DNA of 63,856 nt, filler included, from Octopus bimaculoides (GCF_001194135.2; 7 parts of 6 records of this genome joined end to end with filler, not necessarily neighbours in it), one strand, 5' to 3'; shown: positions 25,858 to 40,445, counted from the whole stretch's first letter. Numbers and translations are program-made. Notes: a model not told the origin generated them from the letters alone.

Positions 25858-26456
25858 NNNNNNNNNNNNNNNNNNNNNNNNNNNNNNNNNNNNNNNNNNN
25901 NNNNNNNNNNNNNNNNNNNNNNNNNNNNNNNNNNNNNNNNNNNNNNNNNNNNNNNNNNNNNNNNNNNNNNNNNNNNNNNNNNNATATATATATATATATA
26001 TATATATATAGGGGTACATCTTCATCGGAGCCTAAGTAAAGAAGTGTGAGTTTGAATGTCTGCATAAAAGTGCTTCAGATTAGACCGGAATTAGAGACTC
26101 TTTTATAGCCAAGAATCTTTTAGTGTTCAGATCAGAGAAAATAATCAGAGAACACTGAGCTGATAATTCCCGCAATCTAAAGTAGTGATCTACTACACAA
26201 TCTTGCGATTATGACTGGCGGTAAATTGACCAGAATAATATGGACAATATTCTTGTTGAAGCCTGCAGTCATGGTTCTTATCTCTTTATTCTTGTTTATA
26301 GCTTATCCACTGATATTTCTAATTTCTTTGACAATCTCATCCTATCTATCATTGCTTCCTACATACTTCTACCATTGACACATCAAACTTATATAACACT
26401 TCTATGAGTATGTGTACATATATATATATATGTGTGATTCTGCATGCGTGCGTGTA

Positions 26457-26490
<34 letters not shown>

Positions 26491-26579
26491 NNNNNNNNNN
26501 NNNNNNNNNNNNNNNNNNNNNNNNNNNNNNNNNNNNNNNNNNNNNNNNNNNNNNNNNNNNNNNNNNNNNNNNNNNNNNN

Positions 26580-26629
<50 letters not shown>

Positions 26630-27563
26630 ATACATTTGTGTGTGAGTGTGTGTTTTCGCATCACTTCTGGTGCTGATCGAAAATATTCATCGTTACCAAA
26701 TGATCTTATCTTCATGATGATTCTAACTAACTTCTATAAATATAAACATATACAATATCAGTACCGTTATGTCATGAATCTATCTATAGCAGAAAGCAAA
26801 GTGGTATTTGGGTTACTGAAGCAATCAATACACTAATTAATGAAATAGGCTTACGAGAAAGCCGCAATCATTAAATTCCTTGCAAGTAAGAAATGTGAAC
26901 GTTATAGCACATGGAACTTATTTCACATAGCCGTTTGTCGTTTCCACCGATGTCGTTTCCAGCGGATTGTAAAATATAGATTCATGTTGTCATGTTTACT
27001 ATTCGACAGAAGAAAGTTTTATAAAATGCGACGGACGGTGACTTAGAGTAAATAATGATAGGGAGAGATGCAGAGTGAAAGGGAAAAGATGGACTAAAAT
27101 ATTGAATGGAAAAATCCAATAGAGGCATAATTAATATATGTAGTTTGCCTGTTTGTAGGAACATATAGATATATCGTCAGTGTATCATAAATCCGAAAAC
27201 GAAGCACACTCCGAAGTACGGAGCCGTAATGTATTGATATGCAGATAAGTATATGTCTGGACATAGAGAGACCAATGATTTCGCATCAATTGGTGCTTCT
27301 CTCTTTCACATTACAAAAAAAAAAAAATACCACATTAGAGCAGGAACGGACCGCATAATGGTAAAGAATTATTTGGACAAATTCGTTCAAGAAACTCCGA
27401 TAAGCCTTTTACACCGGGATACATCTCCATAAAGAGTACCTCTCCAATTCTATTAGCCAGGTTGTCTTATTCCTTAATCTTGAATGTCTTTGTTAGGTGG
27501 TGCTATTACGTTAGGCATCACCTGGTCAATACGGGCAGAAACCAATCTAAGTATATATATATG

Positions 27564-27661
<98 letters not shown>

Positions 27662-27957
27662 CGTATATACATATATAAATGTATATCTATATGTGTGTGT
27701 ATATATATGCGTATATATGTATATCTAACTATATGTATATATATTTATCTGTATATATATATATATATGCGTATATGTATCTATATACATGTGTTTACAT
27801 AAGTGCGTGTGTTACTCACTCTTTAAATGTCTACATTAGAATGAATATATTTAATATAATATCGTAAGATAAAATATAGAAAAGCATGAATTATAATTAG
27901 GATAACACTATTTTTAAATCTCACAACGTGAGATATTCAGCAACGGTACTTTGTAGT

Positions 27958-28241
27958 AAAGATTGTTTGCCATTATAACATGGCAGTCCTGGTTTAGGAC
28001 AAATGTTGCTGTCATTTAGTCACAGGTCACCAGCTGGCAATGCGATGAAGGGAAATAACCCAGAAATCACGTTACACAGATATTGTTTTAAGCTGAGTGG
28101 GTGTGCTAGATTCCCTTGTTCGAAAATATAAGGACACAGATCGTGTCGTATAGCCAGCTGGAGACGATGTCTCCTGGGGATAAGTTACAGCAACATTAGT
28201 CTTAAACCAGGACTGCCATGTTATGCTGGAATACAATATTT
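27958..28241. mobile_element. MITE-like element with long terminal inverted repeats
   Basis: 27975-28026 (ATAACATGGCAGTCCTGGTTTAGGACAAATGTTGCTGT...CAGG) is the reverse complement of 28173-28224 with few mismatches. Weaker symmetry extends about 17 bp further out. Confidence 0.75.
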
Positions 28242-30399
28242 ACTGTAAGAATTATAAATCATAACGTTTAGGTGGTTCGAATGAATTATTTACATTGTTT
28301 ACTGAAAGAAAACACCTTTCGAAGTATACTGTAAAGAGGATTACATGGATGAGTGTTTTTAAAGGAAAAAATATTGGAACGTATGCGAATTAATTAAGTA
28401 AATGATTAAACGTATGATTTAAGAAATAATTAACTGTCGAAATGGATGAATAAATAAATCATTGATCATATAATATATTGACTATTTATATAGTTGATGG
28501 ATGACTAGTTAGTTGCCTATTTAAATAATTATGTAAATGGATAATTATAGATATTTGATTAATAAACTAAGCAAATTTAGCTACAACACATAACAATTAA
28601 ACAGGCAATATCTGTATTGCCTGTTTAACCGTTAACAATGGCAAATGGTAGTCGAAACGTGAGTAATGAAGTTCTAAGGTGGTGGTAGATAAATGTTTTG
28701 TTATAATGGAGAAAGATATATGACAATAACGTTAAGACGGATAATTTATATTGAAATGTCGATTCATCACTTTTGAACTGACACACTGGTATACCTGATA
28801 TAAGGATATCTTATTGACATATCCAATAATTATTTGGTAAATGTAGGCAAATGTTTGGCAAGATGGATTTCCGAGGATGAATTGTAAAGGGAGTTAATTG
28901 AAATCAGAAAAACGGATATGAATCTGTGATTGTACGGATAGATCCCATCACTTGATGCTCGGTGTGACCAAATAATATTTAATTTTCTTTTGATATTCAA
29001 TGTATTTAACCTGCGAAGGAGAGGGCCGATATTATAAATTTTACATTTAACAGAGAATGCCGTCGTGCATCTACGAACTTTCGTAGTGAATGCATGGGCA
29101 CGTAGAGAAAAAATATTAGAAAACGGGTGCGGAAGCAGTCAAAATCCATATGCATAAAATAATTTAGGATAGATATGTATACCTTTCTAGAGGCATAGAA
29201 ATAAATCTCTGATGTGAAAACTGGCGTGGCAAGTGGTTAAATGATCTGCTTATGTTTCTAAATTCCTTTGTATTTATGTAAACATTTATATATGTGTGTC
29301 TATGTATGTATCTATCGATCTATCTATCTATTAATCTATATATCTTGCTGTATATATATGTATATATATTTTTGTCTTTGTATATGCGTCTGTCTCTGTA
29401 TATTATATATGTATACACCTATCTATATGTGTGTGCACGCGTGCGTGTGTAAATTCACGTGTATGTAAGGTTTACATGTTTATAAATGTAAATAACTGTC
29501 GCAGTCACACACACACATACGTGTGTATGCATGTATGTATGTATGTATGTATGTATGTATGTATGTATGTATGTATGTATGTATAGAAAAGGCACGAATG
29601 CACTTGCATAAAGATAAAGGGCTTGAATTTCAATCAAGACAGGGATATTTCATACTAACAAATACATCTTTACGTCTAGCATATTCAATACAATATGGCA
29701 ATTACTATTGTCTCATTAATATTTAGGATCAGTACCAGCGATAGTTGAAAGGAATTTCCTTTTTCAAGTCCTGTTGATCTAGTTAGTAATAAAAGTTAAA
29801 TTTTGGTAGGCTTTAATTTCAGTCATAATCATAACGAATTGTAACAGATGTGTTACTGGGTTACACGCTTGAAGATACATTATTGCAAATTTGACGACAA
29901 TAATTTTACGTCTGTATCTTAGATCTTTCACTTCTGTGTTAACTTAAGGAGATTGTCCATGTAGTGGATCTCTTTAAGTATAACTGGAATAAAACGAGAA
30001 GTTAAAAGATGAAAGTGGATTTATACAACGTAAGAATATAAAACTTTACATGCTAATTTCATTCATATTATATTTCATGTATTATAATTTCAATTATATG
30101 TAAGTTGTTTTATAAGAATATTAAATTTCAGTCGACTATTTGACGGGTACTGTATTTTTCTTTAGGATTGCTGATATATTTCACACATGATTGGAATTCT
30201 AAACGTAAAGCGTAAAGTTTCGTCTAATTCATAGGTTCAAATTTTGGTTCCAGAACTGTAATTTCGAGGGAGTGGGTAAATCGATTACATCGACCCAGTG
30301 CTGAAGTGGAACTTATTTTATGGACACCGAACTAAAAACAAGAAAATATATTTGAAATCCGAACGTAAAGTTCGATGAAATGCGTCTACAGTCGTTTGG

Positions 30400-30720
30400 T
30401 TTAGTGATTAGAGCGTCAGCTTTACAATCATGAGGCAATGAGTTCAATTCCCAGACCAGACTGTCTGTTGTATTCTTGAGCAAGACACTATATTTCATGC
30501 TGCTCCAGTTCATTCCGCTGCAGACATGAGTTGCGACGTCACTGGTGCCAAGCTGTGTCAGCCTTCGCCTTTCCCTTGGATAACATCGGTGGAATGAAGA
30601 GGGGAGTCTGGATTGCATGGGAGACTGCTGGTCTTCTATAAACAACCTTGCCCTGACTTGTGCTTCGGAGGGGAACTTTCTAGGTGCACTCCCATGGTCA
30701 TTTATGACCGAATAGTGTAT
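30400..30720 (+). mobile_element. Further tRNA-headed SINE-like repeat
   Basis: GGTTTAGTGATTAGAGCGTCAGCTT...GAGTTCAATTCCCAG (A/B-box-like), followed by a TTGAGCAAGACACT core seen in many invertebrate SINEs. Confidence 0.55.
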
Positions 30721-32221
30721 TTGCCCTATACTAACAATTGTACCAGCTCGAGAACTTATAAAAGCAACATGCAGTGAAAAATTAACTTGTTCTTGGGCAG
30801 TGGAGAACGAACTATAAAGTATTTGGTGCAGACTTACTGGATTAAATACTGCTTTAATCTAGAATCATTGTTACTTTTGTTTTTATATTCTATGTTTTAA
30901 ATATTTCGAACATTAGACAGCAACCCTGCTGGGCAACCTCCCTCGATAGATTACTCGAACAAAGTACCCCCACTACTTATATTTGTAAGTCTGGTACATC
31001 ATAGGTGAGGTTGCTTTTTTTCGAACAGCTAATTTAACGGACGTAACGTGCATGCACGCACACACACACACACACGCACGCACTCTGACTCATATAGGAG
31101 CACTCCGTCGGGTACGATAACGAGGGACCCAGCTGATACAATCAACGGAACAGCCTGCTCATGAAATTAACGTGCAAGTGACTGAGCAATCCACAGACAC
31201 GTGTCTCCCTAACGTAAATCAGAGGGAGACTCAGCGTGACACAGTGTGTGACAAGGCCGGTCCTTTGAAATACAGGTATTACGCATTTTTGCTAGCTTCG
31301 TGGATTGAGTGGACTCACATACATATACGTATAAAGACGGCTTTCCTTCGGTTTTTATCCATCAAATCCTCTCATATGGTTGTGGTCGCCCCAGGGCAGA
31401 AGGAAACAGCTGCCCAAGATACCACGCAGTGGAATCCAATTTATCTTAATTATACAACCAGACAAAAGAAAAAGGANNNNNNNNNNNNNNNNNNNNNNNN
31501 NNNNNNNNNNNNNNNNNNNNNNNNNNNNNNNNNNNNNNNNNNNNNNNNNNTATATGTGTGTATGTGTTTGTGTTTGTCCCCCCAACATCGCTTGACAACC
31601 GATGCTGGTGTGTTTATCTCCCCGTAACTTAGCGGTTCGGCAAAAGAGACCGATAGAATAAGTACTAGGCTTCTAAAGAATAAGTCCTGGGGTTGATTTT
31701 CTCGACTAAAGGTGGTACTCCAGTATGGCCACAGTCAAATGACTGAAACAAGTAAAAGAGTAATATTTGACAATGTGATTTAATCGTCCAAATGTATGAT
31801 ACATATTGAGTGAAAATAGAAGAATAAAGGGGCAATTAATTGTACTTGAAATGAATGCAACTCAGCATTGTTAAAAAGATGCAATTGTTTAGAATATATT
31901 TTCAATATTCAACAAATGAATATAATATCTTTAAAGAAAAGCTCAAAATTCATCGACACTATAATGATTTTCTTGCATATTAGGCATAATTTTGAAATAT
32001 CTAACTTATATTTCTGTGCATAATCGTGGTAAGATGTCTATAAACTAATGTAGACGAATATAAAGTTCTGTAGTCCAGCGGAATCATAAATCCGCTCCAG
32101 ACATATTAAAATAAATGTTTATTAAAGCGAAACATAATTGTGTTTATTTTAACAGTCTATTTGCTTTATGTCCTCTGACAGGTCGAGTCCACAATAATCT
32201 TATAAAAACGTTATGTATGTA

Positions 32222-32228
32222 TGTATGC

Positions 32229-32275
<47 letters not shown>

Positions 32276-33073
32276 CAAATAGTAAATGAGTATATGCATA
32301 TATACGTACAGGTATGTGCATACCGACATCCACCTGTATGTATTGGTGCATATCTGGGTACAGGACATTGCAAACAAAACGTAGACAACAAAACACACAA
32401 GCCGCATNNNNNNNNNNNNNNNNNNNNNNNNNNNNNNNNNNNNNNNNNNNNNNNNNNNNNNNNNNNNNNNNNNNNNNNNNNNNNNNNNNNNNNNNNNNNN
32501 NNNNNNNNNNNNNNNNNNNNNNNNNNNNNNNNNNNNNNNNNNNNNNNNNNNNNNNNNNNNNNNNNNNNNNNNNNNNNNNNNNNNNNNNNNNNNNNNNNNN
32601 NNNNNNNNNNNNNNNNNNNNNNNNNNNNNNNNNNNNNNNNNNNNNNNNNNNNNNNNNNNNNNNNNNNNNNNNNNNNNNNNNNNNNNNNNNNNNNNNNNNN
32701 NNNNNNNNNNNNNNNNNNNNNNNNNNNNNNNNNNNNNNNNNNNNNNNNNNNNNNNNNNNNNNNNNNNNNNNNNNNNNNNNNNNNNNNNNNNNNNNNNNNN
32801 NNNNNNNNNNNNNNNNNNNNNNNNNNNNNNNNNNNNNNNNNNNNNNNNNNNNNNNNNNNNNNNNNNNNNNNNNNNNNNNNNNNNNNNNNNNNNNNNNNNN
32901 NNNNNNNNNNNNNNNNNNNNNNNNNNNNNNNNNNNNNNNNNNNNNNNNNNNNNNNNNNNNNNNNNNNNNNNNNNNNNNNNNNNNNNNNNNNNNNNNNNNN
33001 NNNNNNNNNNNNNNNNNNNNNNNNNNNNNNNNNNNNNNNNNNNNNNNNNNNNNNNNNNNNNNNNNNNNNNNNN

Positions 33074-33119
<46 letters not shown>

Positions 33120-33255
33120 CAAATAGTAAATGAGTATATGCATATATACGTACAGGTATGTGCATACCGATATCCGCCTGTATGTATAGGTGCATATCTG
33201 GGTACAGGACATTGCAAACAAAACGTAGACAAGAAAACACACAAGCCACATAGAG
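32222..33255. repeat. Near-identical ~190-bp units on both sides of a gap (tandem array or haplotype duplication)
   Basis: (TA)n-AAGCAAATAGTAAATGAG...ACACAAGCCRCAT at 32222-32406 and 33074-33251, with about five substitutions. Confidence 0.8.
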
Positions 33256-34117
33256 AACATTTTCCTTCTATAGCTGAAGGATTGAAATTATACACTCACA
33301 CACACACACATACACACACACATATTCCGCATTTATTCATTCATTGGTTTACATCAGGTGAAAGAAAATTTTCGAGTATTTTAACAATGGCAACGCCGCT
33401 AGTAACTTTGCTTCGAAAAATGGCATTACTATGAGAATAGTTTTGCCGAACCAGTCAGAAATAAAACCGAGTGTCATGCCGTATGAGTTAAGCGCATACT
33501 CACACCTGCCCAAAAATAATTACATACACGTATACATACAGATATACATACAATGTATCAAAAATGAAAACTGAAAAAAAAATGTGGTATATATTCCACA
33601 TAATATACATATTACGAACACGATTTACATGAGTATAGTTGTAGAAAAAACGTGTACGGGACCATCTTTTAGTAAAATAATTTGATTGTAACCCTATCTA
33701 CAAATTGTATGTGTGGTCAGCCTGTATATATGCACTTCTGTGTGTGTCGTTATGTGTATAGGGGTATCTTTGTGTATATGTGGGTGTCGGTGTGTGTATG
33801 TATGAATGGATACATGGGTGGTATACATTTTTCTCGCTCTAATCAGAAAGTGATTTTTAAAATTTGAGCAAATTCTTCCTGTACACATACTCCGTGACTT
33901 CTGATTAGAGGTCCAAGGTTCAGAGCACAGTGTTCCAGTAATATTTAGTCAAAGTGATATTGACATTATAGAAAATGCTTGTATTAGCAATTTGGATGCC
34001 TGTTGATAGCTGTAATTAATATGCAGCAAAAGACCAGTCTTGGAGATGCAGCGGTTGGAAGAGTGAAAAGCGCATTCAACGCACCATATATAATAAACTA
34101 AAATTTAAGAAAAATAA

Positions 34118-34199
<82 letters not shown>

Positions 34200-34203
<4 letters not shown>

Positions 34204-34385
34204 GGAGAATTCACAAAAAAACAAAAGACGAAGACAGGTGGTGTAGACAATACACTGATGTATTAGTTTAACGCTCTAGAATTGAAAAAGTCTTTAACGT
34301 TTCGAGCCTACGCTCTTCCACAGAGAGGAACACAGAAAGAAAGAAGGAGAGAAAATAAAGAATATGTACTGGCTAGCAATCTATA
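34200..34385 (-). mobile_element. Penelope pseudo-LTR-like repeat with hammerhead-like motif
   Basis: Minus strand CTGTGGA-A-GAGC-gtag-GCTC-GAAAC-GTT-AAAGA at 34291-34323, next to a (TA)n tract. Confidence 0.5.
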
Positions 34386-35689
34386 TGAATATAGTTGTAA
34401 ATACATGTGTGTGTGTGTGTGTGTGTGTATGTGTGCGCGCGCGTCTATATATATTGAGTCATCCCATAAATAATGTGTTTTTTTTCAATTGAATGAAATA
34501 AAATCGGAATGGGAGAGAGATATATACATCTGTTGCTTGATAGCGAAATATGTATATACATCCATGAATAAATATGTTTATATATACATACACTGAAACG
34601 TATGTGTATATGTATGTATATATTCCTGTATACAAATCAGTCAAATCAAGTGCTATGGAGTAACGATATATAAGGAAAATCCATATAACAGATGGAGTGA
34701 ATGTTCATATATTTGTGTATCTACCTCTTTATATTTTTATATCTTTTACAATCTTCACACTGGAATTCGGGAGAAGTTGAGGGTTATAGTTAAAAAGTTG
34801 TTATTAGTGGAAGACTTCTGATATATCTTCTCACGCATGGTGTTTGTCTATTATATTGACGCCATTTAAATGCAGTCAACATAATGTTTTATGCATTCTC
34901 TTGAATTCCGTGCCTATTAATATAGTTTATTGGATCGTGCACAAAATATTATGATCCGTCTTTTTTGGCAAAGTTAACAGAGATATAACTCACAGACATC
35001 AAAGGGATAGAGTCAAAGAGAGAGAAAGTAATGCAGAGAGAGATAAGATTTTGTCAATTATTGGAAAATACTCATGTAATTTTTAAATGTCAGCTGGTTA
35101 ATCCATGTTTAACAAAATAATCCACAAATCCTTATATCGTGTTAGGTAAGAAAACGACCGCGTATATCAAATTTTCGTACTGAAAATTTTGGACACAGTA
35201 GAAAATAATTTTAGATTTTGCCGATATATGAATTATCGTGGAACGTTTTTTTTTTTTTTTTTTTTTTTTACAATATAGCACGTAGCGAGCATTATTGATG
35301 ATAAGTTTCTTATTCTTTACTATTTCTCTAAATTACAGTTCTGCTCTAGGAGAGAAACTGACAACACGTAATATATACGCTGTCGTACTTAGCACAATAT
35401 GTTTGCATCACTTCTATCTCTCTTGTTTCAGTGAATAGACTACGGCCATACTGTGGGACCGCTTTGAGGTTTTAGTGAAATGAAACGACTCAACTAATTA
35501 TTTTATTTTAAGCCTGGTACTTATAATACCGGTCTCGAATCTAATTTTTCTCATTCGCAAAACGTGCACCCCTTAATTTTGCTCAGATTGCTTTCAATTT
35601 TTGAGTATCGATGCAACACTGAATTTTAATTACGATCAACCAATTGCTTTATCTCGTAAAGTAAAGAATATTATGCTATTGGAAATTAA

Positions 35690-35900
35690 AATTGAGAGGC
35701 AAACATTATTCTCGTGACTAGGAAGTGAAAACTGTAGTGAAGAAGTGGCTCAAAGAACAGTCAACAGAATTTTACGGGGCACGGTTACATACTCTCATTC
35801 GAAGGTGGAACATTGCTATTGAGAGAATCGGTGACTATGCTGAGTAGTAAAGATGTGATCCACAGAGCACCAGCTTCATTTCGATGTATGATACATGTTC
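35690..35900 (+). mobile_element. Mariner transposase C-terminal remnant
   Basis: EVKTVVKKWLKEQSTEFYGARLHTLIRRWNIAIERIGDYAE*, a typical mariner C-terminus. Confidence 0.75.
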
Positions 35901-38197
35901 CTGTGTTGGTAATTATACATGTCCAAAACAAAACGACATTACTTTTTGACTCACCCCCGTATATTAAACACGGTTTTACCTTTAAATTACCAACTACTGT
36001 ATACCTTATAGCTACGACAATACATATTGAGGTAATACATCAGTAGTGTCTACGGATACATTTATCACTTAGACGGTTGCACAATCTCTAACTCATATTT
36101 TCCTTATATACANNNNNNNNNNNNNNNNNNNNNNNNNNNNNNNNNNNNNNNNNNNNNNNNNNNNNNNNNNNNNNNNNNNNNNNNNNNNNNNNNNNNNNNN
36201 NNNNNNNNNNNNNNNNNNNNNNNNNNNNNNNNNNNNNNNNNNNNNNNNNNNNNNNNNNNNNNNNNNNNNNNNNNNNNNNNNNNNNNNNNNNNNNNNNNNN
36301 NNNNNNNNNNNNNNNNNNNNNNNNNNNNNNNNNNNNNNNNNNNNNNNNNNNNNNNNNNNNNNNNNNNNNNNNNNNNNNNNNNNNNNNNNNNNNNNNNNNN
36401 NNNNNNNNNNNNNNNNNNNNNNNNNNNNNNNNNNNNNNNNNNNNNNNNNNNNNNNNNNNNNNNNNNNNNNNNNNNNNNNNNNNNNNNNNNNNNNNNNNNN
36501 NNNNNNNNNNNNNNNNNNNNNNNNNNNNNNNNNNNNNNNNNNNNNNNNNNNNNNNNNNNNTATATATATATATATATATATGTATATGCATATGGATTAG
36601 AATCTTAAGTGGATAGTTAAATGAAATTCGTGGTTATTTTGTAGACCAACGTAGTTGGTCTACGTTCCTTATAAAAATTCAGCTTACTGTGTCTAATAGC
36701 AATATGCACGTTGGATTGTATCAATAAATATTACCTTAATACATACTTTTAAGAATTCCAAAATATATGGTGGAACGAGTTGCAATTATACACTTGCTAA
36801 AACAAATTCTTTTGAGTAGATGTATAAATATGGATGGACTTCTGGACAACTTCTATAGACAGCAATCTCTCAAACTTAACATCTCTTTACTCCAAAATTT
36901 ATACGATTCCCAATTGCATTGAGTGAAACGTTAAGCTCCTATTCGTTTAGAGTGTCACGCTTCAAAACGCACGAAGTGCTAAGCACCTGGATAATTCTGT
37001 TTTGAATGACCAACAAGACTATCAGTAAAACATTTCTATTGTGGAAAACGAATCTTCTTTCATTCCACACGTCTACGCGCGTGCTCAGCCGGATAGGAAA
37101 GTAGTATATAATATACATACAAAAACAATTTCCCAAAAATTACAAACATATTATGTTATTTACATTTAATGGGATATTTTAATCACGCATGCAGACATGC
37201 AGTCACACACGCACGCATGAACACACACACATACACAGGCACATATTTATATCCCCCTATTTCTCTTTCTCTCATTCTCATTGCTCACACATGACCATCG
37301 TCCATCTATTTTTCCTCACGTGATCATCATTCTTGNNNNNNNNNNNNNNNNNNNNNNNNNNNNNNNNNNNNNNNNNNNNNNNNNNNNNNNNNNNNNNNNN
37401 NNNNNNNNNNNNNNNNNNNNNNNNNNNNNNNNNNNTATATATATATATATAAATATATATATATGTATATATATACATATATATGACTGCATACATATAT
37501 ATGTATATATATATATATACATATATGAATACATACATAATTATATATACATATATCTATGTTTTGATATATGTGTATATAATTAAACATATATACATAT
37601 GGACATACGTATATAAGTACCCATATGTGTATGTGTATATGCATACACATATGCATGCACACACGTGTGTTCGCGTGCGTGTGGAAGTGGTGAGTATGTA
37701 TACATATGTATGTTAATATATATGCATGCATGGCCAGAAAATATATTGTAATTTGTGTGTTTGTGTGTATGTGCGTGTGTGTGTTTGTGTGTGTGTTTGA
37801 AGTTACATCTACGTACACTTTTCATCTGAAATTTGATTTGTTAGTGTCTAAGCGATAAATATTCCCCCAGTTATGCTGGGTAAGATTCGACTATATAGTG
37901 GTTTCTTTTGTTCTGTTCATAGGTTATCAGGCTACTGCTGAATGCCTTTGTTGTTGGGGGTAAGAAACAAGATTTATGGCACCATACAATAGTAAAAAAA
38001 AAAAATTCGTTCGAAAACGGCCGATTTTTCTTTGGCAATCGGAAAACTGAATTTCCTTAATCGAGGGTTATGCGAATGCAATATGGCCGACTCTACATCA
38101 GTCACTAATGGAGCCACTATCAGTGAAATTAATTCGCTATTATTCGCTCTTATGATTTCGGTATTAGTAGCAATGGTGTTGCTTCTGAGTGCTTCAA

Positions 38198-38247
<50 letters not shown>

Positions 38248-39012
38248 GTCACTGATGAAGATGAAGATCTTGGTGGCGCCTTTGATGGTAATAGTGATTT
38301 TGATTACGTTGATGAAGATGGTGGTGCTGAAGAAGATGAGATTGATCATAATGATGACGATGATGATGACGATATTTATCTGTTCCATGATGAGGATGAT
38401 GATGATATTGAATGATAACGGTGAAGAAGTAAAAAAGATGAAGTTAGTAATGATGATATGCTCGGTGTTGTAGATGTCATGGTTGTTGTTGTTGTTACTG
38501 CTGCTGGTAGTGCAGGTTGTTGTGGTAATGGTGGTGGAAGTGTTGGTGGTAATGCTAACAGTTTAGTAAAGGCTGGTGGTGGAAGAAGTGATGGTGATGA
38601 GGCTAAAAATCAAATTATAGAATATTAATCAAAAATCTATTGTGAATTTATGCTAGAGTTCATTTTTATATTTGATTTTGTTGTTTCTTTTCCTTTTGCA
38701 TTATTGGGTTCTTTCATCGCAAGAAGGCGACTATTAATCTCCGTTTCTATTATAGGACACATGCTTTTCATACTTTCGGGTGATCGATACCCAGAAAAAT
38801 GATGGATGTATGCGAGAAAAGCTAGAGAGAGAGATAGATATTCAGAAGTATATCCTCGGATGGAATATATGCGGAGCATGTGGGCACACCACACGAGTAG
38901 GTGCATATTTATGTGCCTGGATATACACATGTGTATATAAACAAATAATAGTGTGCATATACGTACATATATATAGACACCTATACACGCATATATTTAC
39001 ACACAGCTACAC

Positions 39013-39053
<41 letters not shown>

Positions 39054-39869
39054 AAGACACACACATGCATATATTTATATATATAGTTTCCTAACTCTTC
39101 TATTACAATTATTCTTAACTACCAAAAATTTCTATGAACCTCTATTTTCTCTCTTTTTAAATATATATGCATGTGTGGTGTGGGTTTACACGCACACAAG
39201 CACATACACATCCGCAAACTCATAGACACTCACGCATGCACACACACACTCACACACATACATATTAGGGGAGAACGTATGTAGTGTACAGTATTGGTCT
39301 TCCTCTCAATTTGACTTCCTTCGCTAAAGAAAAAAAATGAACTCATTTTTGTATTCTACATGAATGTATGAATCAGGCTAGAAAAAATAAGACATGAATA
39401 CATGTTTATCAATCAGATGGTCACGTGATTGCTTAAAGTAAAATTTCTCTTCTTTTCATTGAATTGTGAAATGAATGACGTTTGCACGAAAGAAATTTAT
39501 TCATTGGTAAATCAAGTGACCCATGTTCAACACTCACTTGAGGCACTTATATTTCATTCTATGATTTTGTAATTCAATTTAACAGAAAGCCACGTAATCA
39601 ATTATATATTATATACGTACATAAATATTGACATCCATATGCCACGATGTGTATACATATAGATATTTATATATGTATATATATATATATATATATGCAT
39701 ATATGCATGTATATATGCATGTATAAAGATACATATATATNNNNNNNNNNNNNNNNNNNNNNNNNNNNNNNNNNNNNNNNNNNNTTAATTAATTAANNNN
39801 NNNNNNNNNNNNNNNNNNNNNNNNNNNNNNNNNNNNNNNNATATATATACATATATATATATATATATA

Positions 39870-40445
39870 TTGCTGTGTCTGGGCATACTCATTCTCTTTT
39901 AGTGAGTTGAAATTTAACACACTCACCGGTAAACTTTGCACTGATTTACCTATATATTTTTGAAAAATGTTTGTTGCATCTTGCAACCTTTTCAACAGTT
40001 TTTGAGTGAAAATGAGAATTTCGTCTCCGTTGACAGTAAAAAGCATAATTAAACAAGTTGTTGAAGAATGATTCAAGGAGAAGGTTCAAACGTATTCGCG
40101 ACAGCTGCTCAATCCGCAGACGACGGTTTCCTCAAGTCTCTGTGCCCCATATTTGCTGAATCTTTCGAATCCGCAATTAAGTAGTACGAAGGATTTTTAT
40201 GATGTAAAAAGGATGTATTGCATTTCTTAGATCCTTGTATAGAAGGCATGGATTTCTTATTTACGATACCCCGCTCGACTGTATGTGATGTGCAGTCGGT
40301 GTACAAACCACATACGTAACTAGTCAACTTCGTGGCTTTAATTTTGTCGATGTGTCGGAAAGGAGAGAGCTGGTGTCCATAAGGTCTTTTGAAATTGCCT
40401 TCGCAGAAACCAATGTAATTTTCATTTTTAGTTAGGTTATCTACT
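39870..40445 (-). mobile_element. Penelope-like element: GIY-YIG endonuclease remnant plus downstream pseudo-LTR
   Basis: ENYIGFCEGNFKRPYGHQLSPFRHIDKIKATKLTSYVCGL...KKCN resembles Penelope YIGxTE..FK.RY..H..SFRH...T.LS.YIW...K.CNLC. A degenerate hammerhead-like motif lies downstream at 39963-40003. Confidence 0.8.

Noticed and set aside
38032-38415. ORF with a hydrophobic stretch followed by an acidic tract, resembling a secreted acidic protein
   Set aside because: The acidic part is a (GAT)n microsatellite. There is no recognised homology or gene structure, and such tracts are frequent here.
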